In this document: one piece after another, positions 1 through 8,855 of the stretch
Layout of the letters: each line of letters begins with the position of its first letter
How positions within the stretch are numbered: the stretch's first letter is position 1
DNA from: an uncultured Rikenellaceae bacterium
GTDB lineage: Bacteria; Bacteroidota; Bacteroidia; Bacteroidales; Rikenellaceae
DNA: 64,000 nt
NCBI GenBank assembly: GCA_964371475.1
Contig: CAYJMA010000001.1
Location: 2,999 to 66,998 of the forward strand
Direction of reading: 5' to 3'
The notes under the pieces: generated by a model
Database searches by the model: none
Told to the model about the DNA's origin: nothing
The model's input: only the letters and a program-made list of their open reading frames with translations
Made by a program: the position numbers and the translations under genes

Positions 1-30
1 TATTGTTTAATATAATCAAAGTACAAAGTT

Positions 31-891
31 ATGATTAAAAAGATTACTCTATTACTAACAATTCTATTATGCACTACCGCAACACTTCTTGCACAAGATT
101 CTAAAAAATATGCTGTGCTGTTAGACAACTTCTCACATCCAGCAGGTGTTACAAGGCAAGAGTGCGAAATGGTGCGCACAGCCTTTCTCGCCGGACTTAC
201 ACAAAGTGGAAGACTCAGTGTGGTCGATGTTGCCAATGTACAAGCAAGAGAGCTTAGCGAAAATCATAATGAAACCCCGTCGATCGAAAATATCTCTCGA
301 CAGTTTATGGAACAGACAGGAGGCACAAGACTTATATCCGCAACTGTTACCAACGTCGATGCAGTGAGAAAACGTGACAGTGATGGCGATACATACTATT
401 CTGGCATTGTCGTCTTTAGTGTCAATATTATTGATCTAACAACCGGAAACAGTATTGCCGGAGAGAGATACAATTTCTCGGACTATAGTGCCAAATCGGG
501 AGATACTTACGATGAAGCTGTTGTTAATACAATGTCATCAGTTCAAAATGCAGTAGAGAAATTAGTCGATGCACACTTTAAGGTGCAGACAAAAATTCTG
601 CAAATCGAAGAAACCGCTGGTAAAAAAGCAAAGAGTCTATATATCAATATAGGAAGCTCAATGGGGATTGAACCAGGACAGATCTTCTTGGTGTACTATA
701 CGCAAAATATAGCAGGGGTCGAATCTCGCAAAGAAGTTGGCAAGATTAGTGTAAAGGAAGTAAATGGAGCCGAGATCTCACTATGTAGAGTAGCAAACGG
801 AGGAGATCAAATACTTGAACTCTATAACAAAGGGATTGAACTAAAGGTGGAATCGGCAGGCAAGACATTTTTCTCAGGATTTTTTCAATAG
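31..891 (+). CDS. Secreted/periplasmic protein of unknown function. The N-terminal part has a CsgG/LpoB-like pattern (tentative).
   Basis: 286-aa ORF with an N-terminal signal peptide (MIKKITLLLTILLCTTATLLAQ). The segment YAVLLDNFS...VRTAFLAGLTQSGRLSVVD resembles the CsgG/LpoB-type lipoprotein fold pattern from memory. The next gene follows after 18 nt. Confidence 0.6.
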   Translation: MIKKITLLLTILLCTTATLLAQDSKKYAVLLDNFSHPAGVTRQECEMVRTAFLAGLTQSGRLSVVDVANVQARELSENHNETPSIENISRQFMEQTGGTRLISATVTNVDAVRKRDSDGDTYYSGIVVFSVNIIDLTTGNSIAGERYNFSDYSAKSGDTYDEAVVNTMSSVQNAVEKLVDAHFKVQTKILQIEETAGKKAKSLYINIGSSMGIEPGQIFLVYYTQNIAGVESRKEVGKISVKEVNGAEISLCRVANGGDQILELYNKGIELKVESAGKTFFSGFFQ

Positions 892-909
892 ACCAATAAC
901 ATAAAAAAA

Positions 910-2187
910 ATGAAAAAGTTATTATTAATTATTTTAGGACTGCTTCTCGTAATTCCTGCAAGTGCGCAAGAATATACAGCAGATGCTGAACTACTATCGG
1001 ATAATGGTAGTACAATTGTGGTTGTAAGCTCGGGAATGCACAAACAGAAAAAAAAGGCGGTGGAAATGGCTGTTCGCTCAGCATTCTATACATACCTAAC
1101 TGCTGGTATTGACGGTGTGAGCGATAGTAAACCACTCATTGATCCCAAACTCGTGGAAACAGAGTTTGCAGTGCAAAACTATATTAATAGTATGGTTGAG
1201 ACTCGCTACAATAACTTCGTGGGAGAGTACACTGAGTTAAGCAACGAACGCACCTTTAACAAGATGTACAAAGCTCAAGTACGCTTGCAGATCTATAAAG
1301 ACGCACTTGTAAAAGATGTTGCTAACCAAGGGTATGGCACAAAAAGCACTGAAGATATGACTCTTAGAGACACTGGCGAAGAGATGCTAATGCCCACCAT
1401 TATGGTTGTGCCTCGCACCGAGGACGGAGTGACCATAAAAGAGGCAATGGACAACGACCCTGAATATAGAGCCGTTATCGCCAAAATTGCTCAAGCATTC
1501 CTCGACGAAGGAGTTGAAACTAAGAACTTTGATGAGATGTACGATGCACTGTCTCGTACCGAAGCCCTTGCTCCAACGATGAGCAACGAAGATGTGATAC
1601 TATCTATGGGGTCAAAAGGAGTCGATGTGGTCGTGTATGCTGATATTCGTACTCATAATAGCAACAACGGACTATCGGTAAACCTATCACTGACCGCAGT
1701 TGATGCTGCTACTCGTTCAACACTCGCCGCAGTTAACGAAAGCTCAAAACCATTTAGAGGAAGTAGCGTGTCTACTCTTAGTGGTCTGCTCACAGAGGCG
1801 ATTGCACCAACATTTATGGAGCAAATCTCAACCTCGTTTGCCCGCAATACAACACGAGGACAGGGTATCTCAATTAGATTTTCATTAGACCCTAACTCCT
1901 CTGCCGACTTCTCAACAGAACTAAGCAGCGACGGACTTACCATTGGTGATATTACGCGCCTTTGGATTAAAGAGAATGCAAAAGGTGGGAAGTATCGCAT
2001 TGCTACACAAACCCCCACGCTTCTAATCTATGACCAAATCTACATACCCACCCAAAGCGAAGGTGGTGGCTATGCCGATGTTAATGACTTTGAACTCGAA
2101 CTACGACAGTATATGCGTGAGCAAGGTGTGGTCATTGCAAATAGACTACTCAATGGTAACGAAATTCTTTATACCCTAACATACTAA
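910..2187 (+). CDS. Secreted protein of unknown function
   Basis: 425-aa ORF with a signal peptide (MKKLLLIILGLLLVIPASAQ). No catalytic motif recognised. Tightly packed with its neighbours (6-nt gap to the next gene). Confidence 0.6.
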   Translation: MKKLLLIILGLLLVIPASAQEYTADAELLSDNGSTIVVVSSGMHKQKKKAVEMAVRSAFYTYLTAGIDGVSDSKPLIDPKLVETEFAVQNYINSMVETRYNNFVGEYTELSNERTFNKMYKAQVRLQIYKDALVKDVANQGYGTKSTEDMTLRDTGEEMLMPTIMVVPRTEDGVTIKEAMDNDPEYRAVIAKIAQAFLDEGVETKNFDEMYDALSRTEALAPTMSNEDVILSMGSKGVDVVVYADIRTHNSNNGLSVNLSLTAVDAATRSTLAAVNESSKPFRGSSVSTLSGLLTEAIAPTFMEQISTSFARNTTRGQGISIRFSLDPNSSADFSTELSSDGLTIGDITRLWIKENAKGGKYRIATQTPTLLIYDQIYIPTQSEGGGYADVNDFELELRQYMREQGVVIANRLLNGNEILYTLTY

Positions 2188-2193
2188 ATCACT

Positions 2194-3237
2194 ATGAAAA
2201 GGTTAATCTTAATACTAACACTTAGCTTTATTTCGATCGGCGTCAACGCACAATCAAACTGTGTGGCGTTCAAGGCTAAAGCTCCCATATCGGACGAACT
2301 CACCGAAGCTGATAAAGAGGCACTCAAGCTCAAGGTGCAACAAATACTTACTCGCAACAATGTAAGTACAACCACACTCTATGATGCCTTTGAAGTTGTA
2401 CCAACACTGATTACAGAACCAGCGGTTCAACTCGTTGGTGGTATTAAGGAGGTGGCAGTAATTGAGGGAGAACTGACCCTTGAGGCAATCAATAGTATTG
2501 ATGGTAGTGTCTATAACTCTGTCACAATCGAGGTTGAAGGTAACGGCTCAAGTAGAGATAGGGCAATATCGAGCCTCATTAAATCTATTCGCCCCAATAA
2601 TCCACTTTTTGTAAAGTTTGTGAAGACCTCGGTGGAAAGAATCACGGACTACTACACCGATAACATTCAGGTTATTATTACAAAGATAGAGACCTTGCTG
2701 GCAGAGGGCAAAAAGGAGGAAGCACTTAAATTTGCACGCACCGTGCCAGAGTGTGTGCCAGCGTATAGTCAGGTAGCCGATATGATCTCGCATATTGTGG
2801 CAAACGATGATGACCATTGCTGCCCACTCAAAGACTCTACAACGACGACCACAACCACAACACCAACAGATAAAGAACCGATACTTACCAAATCAATTAA
2901 GGTTGATAACGTAGAGGTTTCAGTTGTTAGTTGCTCTGGTAGCCTATCTTCAAACGAGGTGGTGATCAAAGTGCTGGTTAAAAACATCGGCGAGGTATCT
3001 ACCGAAGCAAGATTTGCTACGGTTACGAAAATCTATACCGATAAGAATGAAACATACAGTAGTAAGGATTATAGTGGTGGGACTGAAATCCCCAGCGGAA
3101 TATCTGTACAAAAGAGCTTTGAATTTCAAAAAGTACCTGCCTCAAACAAGTCTTGTACTGTGCTATTCAAAGTACGAGGTAATGATGGTAACTATAAGGA
3201 TGTAAAGTTCGAGAATGTAGAGATCACCTGGAACTAA
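2194..3237 (+). CDS. Secreted two-domain protein of unknown function with a poly-Thr linker
   Basis: 347-aa ORF with a signal peptide (MKRLILILTLSFISIGVNAQ). A T8 run (STTTTTTTTPT, nt 2839-2862) separates a mixed N-terminal domain from a beta-rich C-terminal domain. Confidence 0.6.
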   Translation: MKRLILILTLSFISIGVNAQSNCVAFKAKAPISDELTEADKEALKLKVQQILTRNNVSTTTLYDAFEVVPTLITEPAVQLVGGIKEVAVIEGELTLEAINSIDGSVYNSVTIEVEGNGSSRDRAISSLIKSIRPNNPLFVKFVKTSVERITDYYTDNIQVIITKIETLLAEGKKEEALKFARTVPECVPAYSQVADMISHIVANDDDHCCPLKDSTTTTTTTTPTDKEPILTKSIKVDNVEVSVVSCSGSLSSNEVVIKVLVKNIGEVSTEARFATVTKIYTDKNETYSSKDYSGGTEIPSGISVQKSFEFQKVPASNKSCTVLFKVRGNDGNYKDVKFENVEITWN

Positions 3238-3467
3238 GAAAAAGACCTATCGACGAGGTTGCTAAACACTCTATTTAGTTGCTTTAGTGCAATTTTTCCG
3301 AATAAGGGGTGTTAATGCATTTTTTAGAGTATATTCTACCTTAGAGCCGTTAATCTTTGATAGCCCTACTTGCTGTACCCAACAAGGAGAACCACAAAAA
3401 TATTATAGTGAACGTTAAGTGATGTTATATTAGCTTGACTCACCTGCACTTAAAAACAGACATAATT

Positions 3468-4778
3468 ATGAAACTAAAACACCTATTTGCAGTAGCAATC
3501 ATCGCACTCTTGCACACCTCGACAGTAGTTGCGCAAAATAGAGAGAAGGTAGTAGAACGTAACCCTCGTAAAATGCCAGAATGGGTTTACAGTACTGGCG
3601 GAGGACAGTTTGTCTCGACCAAAAGAGCAGCAACCATTGATGAAGCTCGTGAGATGTGCCTTGCAGACATCAAAGCACAAATAATCTCGGCAGTTGCAGA
3701 GAATATCCAAGCCGAAATATCGTTCGAGACCAGAGAACGTACACTCGAAGACGGAACGATGGCATATAGCGACGACTTTAAGCAGGAATTAGCCTCAAGC
3801 TCCGTAGTACTTCCATTTGTGAGTGGCATATCACTTAGCAAAGCAACTGGATTCTACTACGAGAAAATACAAAACAAAGATACAAAGGAGTATTCCTATA
3901 ATTATAGCGTGCTCTATCCATTCTCTGATGCTGAACTCTATATGCTTATCAGCGACTTTAACGATCTTGATAGATCGAAGGTGGCTATTCTTAACAGTCG
4001 AACAGAGGAACTTGCAACAAGTGAAATCACCTCTACAAATCAAATCGAGGCAGCAGTTAAAGAACTTGAGAGTCTACTAAACTACTTCTTCGACACTGAA
4101 CGTAAGGAGAGAACAGAAGCACTTATAGAATCTTACGAGGAGCTCTATTCGCGCATATCTATCGGACTTGTAGAGAGCTCGGCAGGTGAGTTTAGCTACA
4201 ACCTTCTACTTGATGGAAATGTTATTACAACACCTCTAAAGCCTCGTATTACATCAAACTGCGCACTGGCAATTGCTGTGAAAACAGGTGGGGGAGCAAC
4301 CATCAACGTAAGCTATGACAATGAAGGATGTATTGATGATGAGGCTAACTACTTCGATATATCGTACCTCTTTCCTAATAGCCCACTACGTGAACGTATA
4401 TTTCCAGTAATGACAGACCAAAAAATCGAAGTGGAAACTTACTCAACGATGGTAGTTAGCTATGATAGCCTAAATAGTGAAGGGTATGCTGAAGGGATAA
4501 CTATTGCCTTTGAACTTAAAAGCGCAAATGACGATGTTATAGTTACTGGAGTTAATGTGTCGATACCGGAGATTCAAGGCAAGCTGAACTTTAGTGAACT
4601 GAGCACCAAACTCTCGGCTGGAATAAATACCGTAGAGCTATGCGCCAAAGAACCTATGCGACTTGTGCCTCTGGGAACTAAACTACCATTCACAAAAGGT
4701 GCAATAACGCTTCAAAGTATCAGTGGAGGTGTGACACAGACGATCCCTTGTATTGTAAAGTATAGTATTGCAAATTAA
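3468..4778 (+). CDS. Secreted protein of unknown function with an LPP20-like N-terminal segment (tentative)
   Basis: The track ORF starts at a TTG at 3435. The ATG at 3468 gives a clean signal peptide (MKLKHLFAVAIIALLHTSTVVAQ). The segment MPEWVYS...IDEAREMCLADIKAQIISAVAENIQAEISFE is reminiscent of LPP20-type lipoprotein domains. Confidence 0.55.
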   Translation: MKLKHLFAVAIIALLHTSTVVAQNREKVVERNPRKMPEWVYSTGGGQFVSTKRAATIDEAREMCLADIKAQIISAVAENIQAEISFETRERTLEDGTMAYSDDFKQELASSSVVLPFVSGISLSKATGFYYEKIQNKDTKEYSYNYSVLYPFSDAELYMLISDFNDLDRSKVAILNSRTEELATSEITSTNQIEAAVKELESLLNYFFDTERKERTEALIESYEELYSRISIGLVESSAGEFSYNLLLDGNVITTPLKPRITSNCALAIAVKTGGGATINVSYDNEGCIDDEANYFDISYLFPNSPLRERIFPVMTDQKIEVETYSTMVVSYDSLNSEGYAEGITIAFELKSANDDVIVTGVNVSIPEIQGKLNFSELSTKLSAGINTVELCAKEPMRLVPLGTKLPFTKGAITLQSISGGVTQTIPCIVKYSIAN

Positions 4779-4820
4779 AGAACTACGACAAAGATTAACC
4801 AATAACTATAACCAACTAAA

Positions 4821-5489
4821 ATGAAAAAAGTACTAAAATCATTAATTGTTTTCCTCTGCCTGGCAGCAACCCCAATGATTGCTCAAGCCGACGAGGTTTT
4901 AGAAGAGCTGGCAAAAACCAGAGAGAAAGTAGCAAAGCTCAAAGAAAATCAACCGAAGCCATCCGGTAATGAAGCCGTTGACGCATATGTAGAGTCTATT
5001 TACGTGTGTATTGATCAATCAATCGAGCTCTCAACCAAAGTTGAGGAGCTCTATCTTAATGCAATTGCTATTGCGGGTAATCAAGACGGTGCAAAGGGAC
5101 TCGTAGAGAAGATGCCCGATATTGATGAATTGGACGATTTACAAACCGAGATTGTGGATCACGCATCACTGCTAACAGCTATTGCAACGACAGCTCTACC
5201 GGCTACCAATGCAGCAAAGAGTCAGAAAAATCCTATAAAAATTGCTCGCGATCTAAAGAATATTTATGTAGGAGGTAAGGCGTATGGTCAGCTTGTTGCA
5301 AGCTCCGCACAGCAAGTTGCAACTATTGCAGGGATCATAAAAAGTGCAGCCTCGGGCTACAAAGACGGCGTAGAGGTTGAAAAGACCCAGGAGAAGGAGA
5401 AGAAATCTAAGAAGAAGGAGTCAAAGAAGTCAGAAGAGAGCTCTGAGGTTGATCTGCCAAGCGACGAAACTTCAGAGAGTGAGAAATAA
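4821..5489 (+). CDS. Secreted helical protein with a K/E/S-rich acidic-basic tail
   Basis: 222-aa ORF with a signal peptide (..CLAATPMIAQA). The C-terminus is KEKKSKKKESKKSEESSEVDLPSDETSESEK. It is the last gene of the five-gene cluster and a hairpin terminator follows. Confidence 0.55.
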   Translation: MKKVLKSLIVFLCLAATPMIAQADEVLEELAKTREKVAKLKENQPKPSGNEAVDAYVESIYVCIDQSIELSTKVEELYLNAIAIAGNQDGAKGLVEKMPDIDELDDLQTEIVDHASLLTAIATTALPATNAAKSQKNPIKIARDLKNIYVGGKAYGQLVASSAQQVATIAGIIKSAASGYKDGVEVEKTQEKEKKSKKKESKKSEESSEVDLPSDETSESEK

Positions 5490-5513
5490 TTAATCGCAGA
5501 TTATCATATATAA

Positions 5514-5545
5514 ATAGGGTTGACAAATAGTTAACCCTATTTTTG
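5514..5545 (+). terminator. Intrinsic terminator-like hairpin after the five-gene secreted cluster
   Basis: ATAGGGTT (5514-5521) pairs with AACCCTAT (5533-5540) and is followed by TTTTT. Confidence 0.5.
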
Positions 5546-5592
5546 TGAAATTATACCCTAAAATAGGTAAACTAAATCTGATAAAAGTTCGT

Positions 5593-5600
5593 TATCTTTG
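5593..5600 (+). promoter_or_regulatory. Bacteroides-type -7 promoter box (TAnnTTTG) upstream of feoAB
   Basis: TATCTTTG at 5593-5600, 38 nt before the feoAB ATG. No clear -33 TTTG was seen. Confidence 0.4.
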
Positions 5601-5637
5601 TAGTTAATTTTTTTTATAGATAGGAGAGGATATATAT

Positions 5638-7989
5638 ATGAGGTTATCTGAGATACCAGTAGGGCAGAGTGCTACTGTTGTAAAGGTTTTGGGGTATGGT
5701 GCATTTCGACATCGTATCATAGAGATGGGTTTTGTCGGCGGTAAGCAGGTTGATGTACTTATGTCTACCCCTCTTGGAGACCCCATAGTGTATAATATTA
5801 TGGGATATGAGGTCTCTTTGCGCCGTAGTGAAGCAGAACTCATAGAGGTTAGCCTCGAAGAGGTTGCAAATAGTGCAGAGAGCCAAGTTTCGCTCGAAGC
5901 AAACGAGCAGATCAACCACACCTCAGCGCACACCAATCGAAAGACAATCAATATAGCCCTGGTAGGAAACCCGAACTGTGGTAAGACCTCGCTTTTTAAT
6001 CGAGCGAGCGGTAGTCGTGAACACGTGGGTAATTATAGCGGAGTTACCGTAGATGCCAAACGCGGAGAGTTTCACTACGACGGCTATACCTTTGTGGTGT
6101 ATGACCTCCCGGGCACCTATGCTCTGACAGCATATACCCCAGAGGAACTCTATGTTCGTAAGCATATAGCCGAACAAAAGCCAGATGTTATTGTCAACGT
6201 GGTTGCGTCCTCAAACCTTGAGAGAAACCTCTACCTAACTACCGAAATAATTGATATGGATTATCCATCTGTGGTGGCTCTCAATATGTATGATGAGCTT
6301 ACTCACAGTGGCGCAGAGCTTAATTATGAGCTTCTTGGAGGTATGCTCGGTGTGCCAATGGTGCCACTCAATTCCCGTGGCGGTGAAGGCTTTGAAGATC
6401 TGTACAGTACCATTATTGAGGTGTATGAGGGGCGTAACTCTACGGTTCGCCATATACATATAAACCACGCACCGACCCTCGAAAATGCTATTAATCCGCT
6501 CAAGGAAGAACTCAAAAAAGATAAGGATCTTACTACATATTTTTCTGCTCGCTTCGTTGCCATTAAGATGCTGACCGGCGATAACGAGATCGAGAAGTTG
6601 GTGAGAAAATATCCAGACTATGCCCACTGGTCAAAACTTCGAGATCGAATTGTCAAGGATACAGAGGCTACTCTGGGTGAAAACATTGATGGCGCGATAG
6701 TTAGCCACAAGTATGGTTTCATTAGTGGAGCATTGGCAGAGACCTACACAGCAGGGAAGAATGAGCGTAATGAAAAATCACGAGCGATCGACAGCGTAAT
6801 AACAAATAAGTTTTTGGGTATTCCTATATTTTTGGGTATTATGTGGTTGATGTTCGAGACTACATTCACACTCGGCGCCTTTCCAATGGAGTGGATTGAG
6901 AGTGGTGTGGGAGCTATCTCGGAGTTTGTTAGCGGTGTGATGAGCGATGGTATGCTAAAGGATTTGATCGTAGACGGAATTATCGGTGGAGTAGGAGGGG
7001 TTATAGTCTTTTTGCCAAACATAGTTATTCTCTATCTCTTTATTTCGTTTATGGAGGACTCTGGCTATATGGCAAGAGCTGCATTGATAATGGATAGAGT
7101 GATGCACTCGATGGGATTGCACGGCAAGTCCTTCATTCCGATGCTTATGGGCTTTGGGTGTAACGTGCCTGCTATTATCTCGACTCGAACCATTGAGAGT
7201 CGAAGCAGTAGATTAATTACAATTTTGATTAACCCGTTTATATCGTGTAGCGCAAGATTGCCAGTGTATCTTCTATTTGTGGGAGCATTCTTCAGTGAAT
7301 ATGCCGGCACGGTGCTATTTATGATATACCTCTTTGGTATTATTATGGCAGTGGTAACCGCAAAGCTTTTGCGTAAGCTGTTGTTTGGTAAGGATGAAAC
7401 ACCGTTTGTTATGGAACTACCTCCGTATCGAGTGCCGACGCTTCGCTCAGCCCTGCTTCATATGTGGGAGAAGAGCTATCAGTATCTTAAAAAGATGGGT
7501 GGGATCATACTTGTAGCCTCGATAGCTATATGGTTCTTAAGCTACTTCCCACGAGGTGAGGAGCAAGGCTCAGTGCAGCAACAGCAGAATTCATATCTTG
7601 GTGTTATTGGCAGTGCAATATCACCGGTAATGGAGCCATTGGGCTTTGATTGGAGAGCAAACATTGCTATTATGTCGTCTATGGCAGCCAAAGAAGTTGC
7701 GGTCAGTACGCTCGGAGTCCTGTATGAGGGAGACTCAGAGAGTGGAGTTGATCTCGGAGATAAACTAAAGAGTGTCGATCCACAGAGTGGTAAACCTTCA
7801 TTTACGCCTATCACAGCAATGTCGTTTATGGTATTCGTGCTATTGTGCTTCCCCTGTATTGCCTCTCTGGTAGCAATTGGATCGGAAAGTGGTAGCTGGA
7901 AGTGGGTTTTGGCAGTGATTTTGTATAACACATCACTTGCGTGGATAGCGGCCTGGGCGGTAAAACAAATTGGAGAACTAATCATATAG
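5638..7989 (+). CDS. feoB: Ferrous iron transporter, FeoA-FeoB fusion
   Basis: The N-terminal ~75 aa is FeoA-like (MRLSEIPVGQSATVVKVLG...). This is followed by the FeoB G-domain (INIALVGNPNCGKTSLFN, DLPGTY) and a long polytopic membrane domain. Confidence 0.93.
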   Translation: MRLSEIPVGQSATVVKVLGYGAFRHRIIEMGFVGGKQVDVLMSTPLGDPIVYNIMGYEVSLRRSEAELIEVSLEEVANSAESQVSLEANEQINHTSAHTNRKTINIALVGNPNCGKTSLFNRASGSREHVGNYSGVTVDAKRGEFHYDGYTFVVYDLPGTYALTAYTPEELYVRKHIAEQKPDVIVNVVASSNLERNLYLTTEIIDMDYPSVVALNMYDELTHSGAELNYELLGGMLGVPMVPLNSRGGEGFEDLYSTIIEVYEGRNSTVRHIHINHAPTLENAINPLKEELKKDKDLTTYFSARFVAIKMLTGDNEIEKLVRKYPDYAHWSKLRDRIVKDTEATLGENIDGAIVSHKYGFISGALAETYTAGKNERNEKSRAIDSVITNKFLGIPIFLGIMWLMFETTFTLGAFPMEWIESGVGAISEFVSGVMSDGMLKDLIVDGIIGGVGGVIVFLPNIVILYLFISFMEDSGYMARAALIMDRVMHSMGLHGKSFIPMLMGFGCNVPAIISTRTIESRSSRLITILINPFISCSARLPVYLLFVGAFFSEYAGTVLFMIYLFGIIMAVVTAKLLRKLLFGKDETPFVMELPPYRVPTLRSALLHMWEKSYQYLKKMGGIILVASIAIWFLSYFPRGEEQGSVQQQQNSYLGVIGSAISPVMEPLGFDWRANIAIMSSMAAKEVAVSTLGVLYEGDSESGVDLGDKLKSVDPQSGKPSFTPITAMSFMVFVLLCFPCIASLVAIGSESGSWKWVLAVILYNTSLAWIAAWAVKQIGELII

Positions 7990-7996
7990 AGAAACA

Positions 7997-8146
7997 GTGC
8001 AAGAATTTATAACATATATTGTCGGCGGAGTTGTAGCACTAATCATTGTGCTATATGTTGTACGCTCCGTACGTGGCAAAGGTAAGAGTATGTGCTCCGA
8101 TTGTCAAAATAGGAAATGTAAATCTAAGGAAGATAGCCAATGCTGA
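7997..8146 (+). CDS. FeoB-associated Cys-rich small membrane protein (49 aa, not in the ORF track)
   Basis: A GTG at 7997 lies 8 nt after the feoB stop. The translation is MQEFITYIVGGVVALIIVLYVVRSVRGKGKSMCSDCQNRKCKSKEDSQC, one TM helix plus a Cys-rich tail. This matches the typical architecture and genomic position of the family. Confidence 0.6.
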   Translation: MQEFITYIVGGVVALIIVLYVVRSVRGKGKSMCSDCQNRKCKSKEDSQC

Positions 8147-8198
8147 AAAATATGCGAAAACTACTTCCCTAAAATGTGAAAATTCCACGAAAAATTAG

Positions 8199-8206
8199 TA
8201 TATTTG
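8199..8206 (+). promoter_or_regulatory. Bacteroides-type -7 box upstream of ahpC
   Basis: TATATTTG at 8199-8206, 39 nt upstream of the ahpC ATG. Confidence 0.4.
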
Positions 8207-8244
8207 TGGGTAATATTATTTAACTAAAAAAAATTAAAATAACT

Positions 8245-8811
8245 ATGGAATCAATTATCAATTCAACAGTACCAGAATTTAAGGTTCAAGCCTTCCAAGG
8301 AGGTGAATTTAAGACAATTACAAACAAAGATCTTGAGGGAAAGTGGGCAATCTTTTTCTTCTACCCCGCAGACTTTACATTTGTATGCCCAACCGAACTG
8401 GTGGATATGGCAGAGAAGTATGAGCAGTTTAAGTCAATGGGCGTGGAGATCTACTCGGTTAGCACCGACACTCACTTTGTACACAAGGCGTGGTATGACA
8501 CCTCGGAGTCAATTCGTAAGATAAACTATCCTATGCTTGCAGACCCTACTGGACACCTATCGCGTGCCTTTGGCGTGATGATCGAAGAGGAAGGTATGGC
8601 ATATCGCGGAACATTTGTGGTTAACCCCGAGGGGCTAATTAAACTTGCCGAAATTCAGGACAACAGCATAGGACGTAACGCAGATGAACTTCTTCGTAAG
8701 GTGGAGGCAGCTCAATTCGTTGCATCGCATAGTGGTGAGGTGTGTCCAGCAAAGTGGAAAAAAGGTGCCGAAACACTTAAACCGAGCATTGACCTTGTAG
8801 GTAAAATCTAA
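8245..8811 (+). CDS. ahpC: Alkyl hydroperoxide reductase subunit C (2-Cys peroxiredoxin)
   Basis: 188 aa. Peroxidatic Cys motif FTFVCPTE and resolving Cys in GEVCPAKW. Followed by ahpF. Confidence 0.95.
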   Translation: MESIINSTVPEFKVQAFQGGEFKTITNKDLEGKWAIFFFYPADFTFVCPTELVDMAEKYEQFKSMGVEIYSVSTDTHFVHKAWYDTSESIRKINYPMLADPTGHLSRAFGVMIEEEGMAYRGTFVVNPEGLIKLAEIQDNSIGRNADELLRKVEAAQFVASHSGEVCPAKWKKGAETLKPSIDLVGKI

Positions 8812-8855
8812 GTCAAGGGAAGCAAAGTACCATAAATAATCTACAAAAGAAAAAG

